This document shows positions 60,701 through 64,000 of a stretch of DNA of 64,000 nt, in pieces. Every line of letters begins with the position of its first letter. Within the stretch, counting starts at the first letter, position 1. A program made the position numbers and the translations under genes. Under the pieces are notes generated by a model, which saw only the letters and a program-made list of their open reading frames with translations, had not been told where the DNA came from and searched no databases. Source of the DNA: Phoronis australis (Eukaryota; Animalia; Phoronida); assembly GCA_002633005.1 (NCBI GenBank), contig NMRA01000120.1, positions 683,940 to 747,939 on the forward strand, written 5' to 3'.

Positions 60701-62230
60701 AGGAGAATGCCACCCAAAAAACATCCTATTTTGTATCAATTTAGATTGAGTAGTTCTACTCGATAACGGCACGTTCGGTTGCGTTACCTGACACCTGACG
60801 GCAGACGAAGGTGTTGAAATTGTCCAATGACGTCATTGGTTTCACACGCAGTCTGTTCAGCAGTTCCCAACAGGGGTTATTGGTGTCAGCTTATCGCTTG
60901 AATTCATCGTTTAACACCAGTAAATCATCAAACTTCGATGTAAAACCCTTAAAAATACACCGAGTTCTTATAAAAACGTGTTGTTTTATTTCGCTTTTAC
61001 GGATTTATTGGTATTTGGACACACCGTAGCATACAAAGTTCGGCAGGCCAATTTACCAAGGTCCGAAGCAGGAGTTTGGGGTCTGTTCGGAGATAAATTT
61101 GAGGTATTCTTCCGTGAAATACGGACAAGAGAACCTAGATCTGTGTTGTTTAGAAACTAAACCTCCAGTCACGAAAAGACTATAAGAGCGAGACGAAGAA
61201 ATAATGTGCACGTAATTATTTATGTGAATTAGACACGAAACTGAAAATCTACTTACTTGTCGGGGGCCGCGAAGTCGGGTTCCCCTTCCACAGATCGTCA
61301 GGTCAAAGGTTGTACAGTTACAATGATTTGAATAATGTATTTGTATTTCTAAATAAAGATTCCCCTAATATGGGACCATCGCATGTAAAATCGAGCAACT
61401 ATTTCACAACAGCTTTCTGTCAGCAAACACTGAATTAGCATGCCTTGATGCCCGGTCAATTAAATTTATTATCGGCATCAAAAGCCGGTAACGCAGTGGT
61501 TTATTCATTGCTGGCTTCTCAACATTTGCACTCGCGAATACTGCAAAGGCATTACAAACTTTATCTAATGAGACAGACTTTGTTTCAGTTTTATATAAGC
61601 ATTGTTTGGGATGAGAATAATTCATTTTGAAACAGAAGGCAGAATAATAAACGCCTACATGACAACTCGTCCGGCACCAATCCCGACTTAGTCAAAAGCT
61701 CATCCGACGAAGACTTCACGGGTCGGATCGTTAGGTTTCACAGGCTATTAGTTCGAACCGGAATACACTGATCAAGAAATACTAGAGAGGCGCCGTGAAC
61801 ATGCACAGACAACGGAAAGTATGGATAGTTCTTTGGTAAGCCGGAATTCGTCAGAGACATCAAAGTCGACGAAATGCCGGCCACAGATACGGAGATGTTT
61901 CACGGCCTCATACTTGCTATTAACAGCGTACCTTTCATTCTTCACTACAGCGAGCCACTTCCTAAGCATTTGGGGCTCTCGAGAAAGTCGAAAAAACTAT
62001 ATACTCGCTTTCTTCGCAGCTTCATAGATCGAACAAGCGGGAACGATGGACTGCAATATAGCGGCATTCACTCTGCAGACGAACCACTGACATCGCTGCG
62101 TCGTTTCTCCCTTCCTCACAGGTTAACGCGACACCTCTCGGCAAGGTGAGGTCGACCGAGTAAGAGGCGATGTGAGTATAGACCGATTAAGACGGTAAAA
62201 AAGACTAATCAAATCGGGTGGCATTCTCCT
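60701..62230 (-). mobile_element. Non-autonomous Kolobok-like DNA transposon, 1530 bp, with a THAP remnant
   Basis: TTAA|AGGAGAATGCCACCC ... GGGTGGCATTCTCCT|TTAA: a perfect 15-bp TIR with TTAA target duplication. The minus strand carries a THAP remnant (MLRKWLAVV...ICGRHF, about 61770-62070). Confidence 0.85.
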
Positions 62231-64000
62231 TTAAAGGACTCATTTGAACTCCGTAGAATTTTACTTCCCGAAGCATGTTTTTTAACTAACAATTGTTCTT
62301 CCAATTATTTTCCCTTTCTTTGGACGATTCCCACCAACGACTCACATACAGTGCATGTATCGCCAACTCTGTATATTCTCAAAGCACGCGATTTGTGATC
62401 TTGGGAACAAGATGCGGCCAGCACAAATGGTCGCGAAGTCACAATTCACTTGCGGCGCTTGGTGCAATGAATGCTTTATAGTCTACTACTTTCAGCAATT
62501 ACGTCGTCTGCTGACTAACAGGAAGCTGGGATACGCAGTGTAATAGAGTGGCAACTTTCTCTGGGAATTTCATGAGAAGATATCAAAGTTGCGAATCTGC
62601 TGTCTGTGATCTATATTTACACTTAGTTTTGAAAACCACCCCTACCGTTAAGCTCAACCCGCGCAGCCTACGTTTTGTGTGCTATATAAAGTAGCGATAA
62701 TTACGAAAGGTAAATCTACCACCTTGTTCGCCCCCGTAGTGTGCAACAGAAACATTCTACTGTGTGCGAACAATGAAAACTAAGTAATAATTACTTTAAT
62801 GACCTCCAGTGTAGTTTATATTTTAAAATGATGAAAATAAGTGGGAACGCGAAACGTGTTTGGTTCGTTAACGAAATACGGGCATTCTAATTCAGATTTC
62901 ATAATGACTATTTTCAAATCAACCCCTATCATTAAAAATTTTCGAAATTCACAAAAATAATACATTTGCAAATTTTTGAGAACAATTCATCAACCAAAAT
63001 GGCCCACGTTAGTCTCCAAACGCGATTTCATATGACTTACGCGTAAATTCCTATGTGACGTCATTTGAGATAGTTGATTGTTATGAAGTCAAGTCGTTTG
63101 TTTAGAAAGACATTTAAAAAAGAATCTAAGTTGGTAGGTACTATTGGTGGAGGTTTTGTTCAGTTTTCTGACGATGGTAGATTTACAAGAGCTTTTGATT
63201 TGAGTGGTGAATAAATTTTGACGTTTGGAGATTGTTATACACCCGGGTTCTGTCAAAAAAGCTAACTTTTAATTTAGACCCCTTACCGGCATGAAATTGA
63301 TCTCTGTTTACTTACAGCTCAGATTAGAAATGTTTCTTGGGTTTCTAGAATTGACAGTTCGTTGTTGATTGACGACAGGTGGAGCAAGTTGGCGTGACCC
63401 GGCTAGTCACTCTATGTGCAAACATGGTCTCGAGCATTGACGAACTGTCACATTTTTCCACAAATTAATTCTATCCTTAGTAATGAAAAAGTCTTAGCCA
63501 CGTTTACACCGGTAGATGGCCTAAAGTAAAGGTTACATGTGTATTTTTGACAAAAATGTAGGCTCTTGTAGAATTATGGAAAACATCTCAGTGAAAATTC
63601 TGTTCGAAAAACGCATTATTTTGTACCTAGGAGCATGGACCTTGATTGGCGTACGATTCCTGAACGCCAGCCATGCTGTCCTTGAAACTGTATTGGTACC
63701 ACCTGGGTGTGAAACCCGTAATTTGCTTGGTTGCTTTTTGATTCGCATTTTAGGTTTTGTTATACAAATTTGGATGTCTATTGCCCATATGTTACGCTAT
63801 TTATTTGCAAATGACAAGTAGAATTCAATAAAATTGAAAAAATGGTTGAAAAGGTCAATACTTCCGTGACGCTTCCCGCGCAGAATATGAGTCAAATAAT
63901 TTCCGGTAAAATACCCGTTCTGATACTCAATTAGAGAACCAATCTTGTTTAGTAAGGGTTTTATCCCCGTATTGTGAAACCGGAATCAAAATGTAGAGGC

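Overview
This is AT-rich, intron-containing metazoan DNA (probably a marine invertebrate or lophotrochozoan; the taxon is an inference) from a draft assembly with two N-gaps and several single-N joins. The core is a TNF-superfamily ligand cluster. It holds two intact, divergently oriented (head-to-head) five-exon TRAIL/TNFSF10-like genes: gene A on the minus strand (9507-24366, 334 aa) and gene B on the plus strand (42094-59006, 330 aa). Both share the same intron phases and a 37-nt microexon, and all their splice sites are GT-AG. A decayed exon-1 fragment of a third paralog lies at about 2755. The two intact genes have kB, STAT and IRF-type motifs upstream, gene B also has an AP-1 site, and a kB site lies upstream of the third fragment. 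The rest is a nested patchwork of degenerate transposable elements: LINE RT fragments, DIRS-type tyrosine-recombinase fragments, BEL/Pao gag, Harbinger, Kolobok-like THAP elements, HINE/Helentron-like elements and MITEs. Two near-identical duplications inside gene B abut assembly Ns and are probably uncollapsed haplotypes. I found no prokaryotic-type system (CRISPR, operon or similar). The most interesting biology is the birth-and-death evolution of the TRAIL-like cluster, including loss of the receptor-binding DE-loop Tyr in one paralog.
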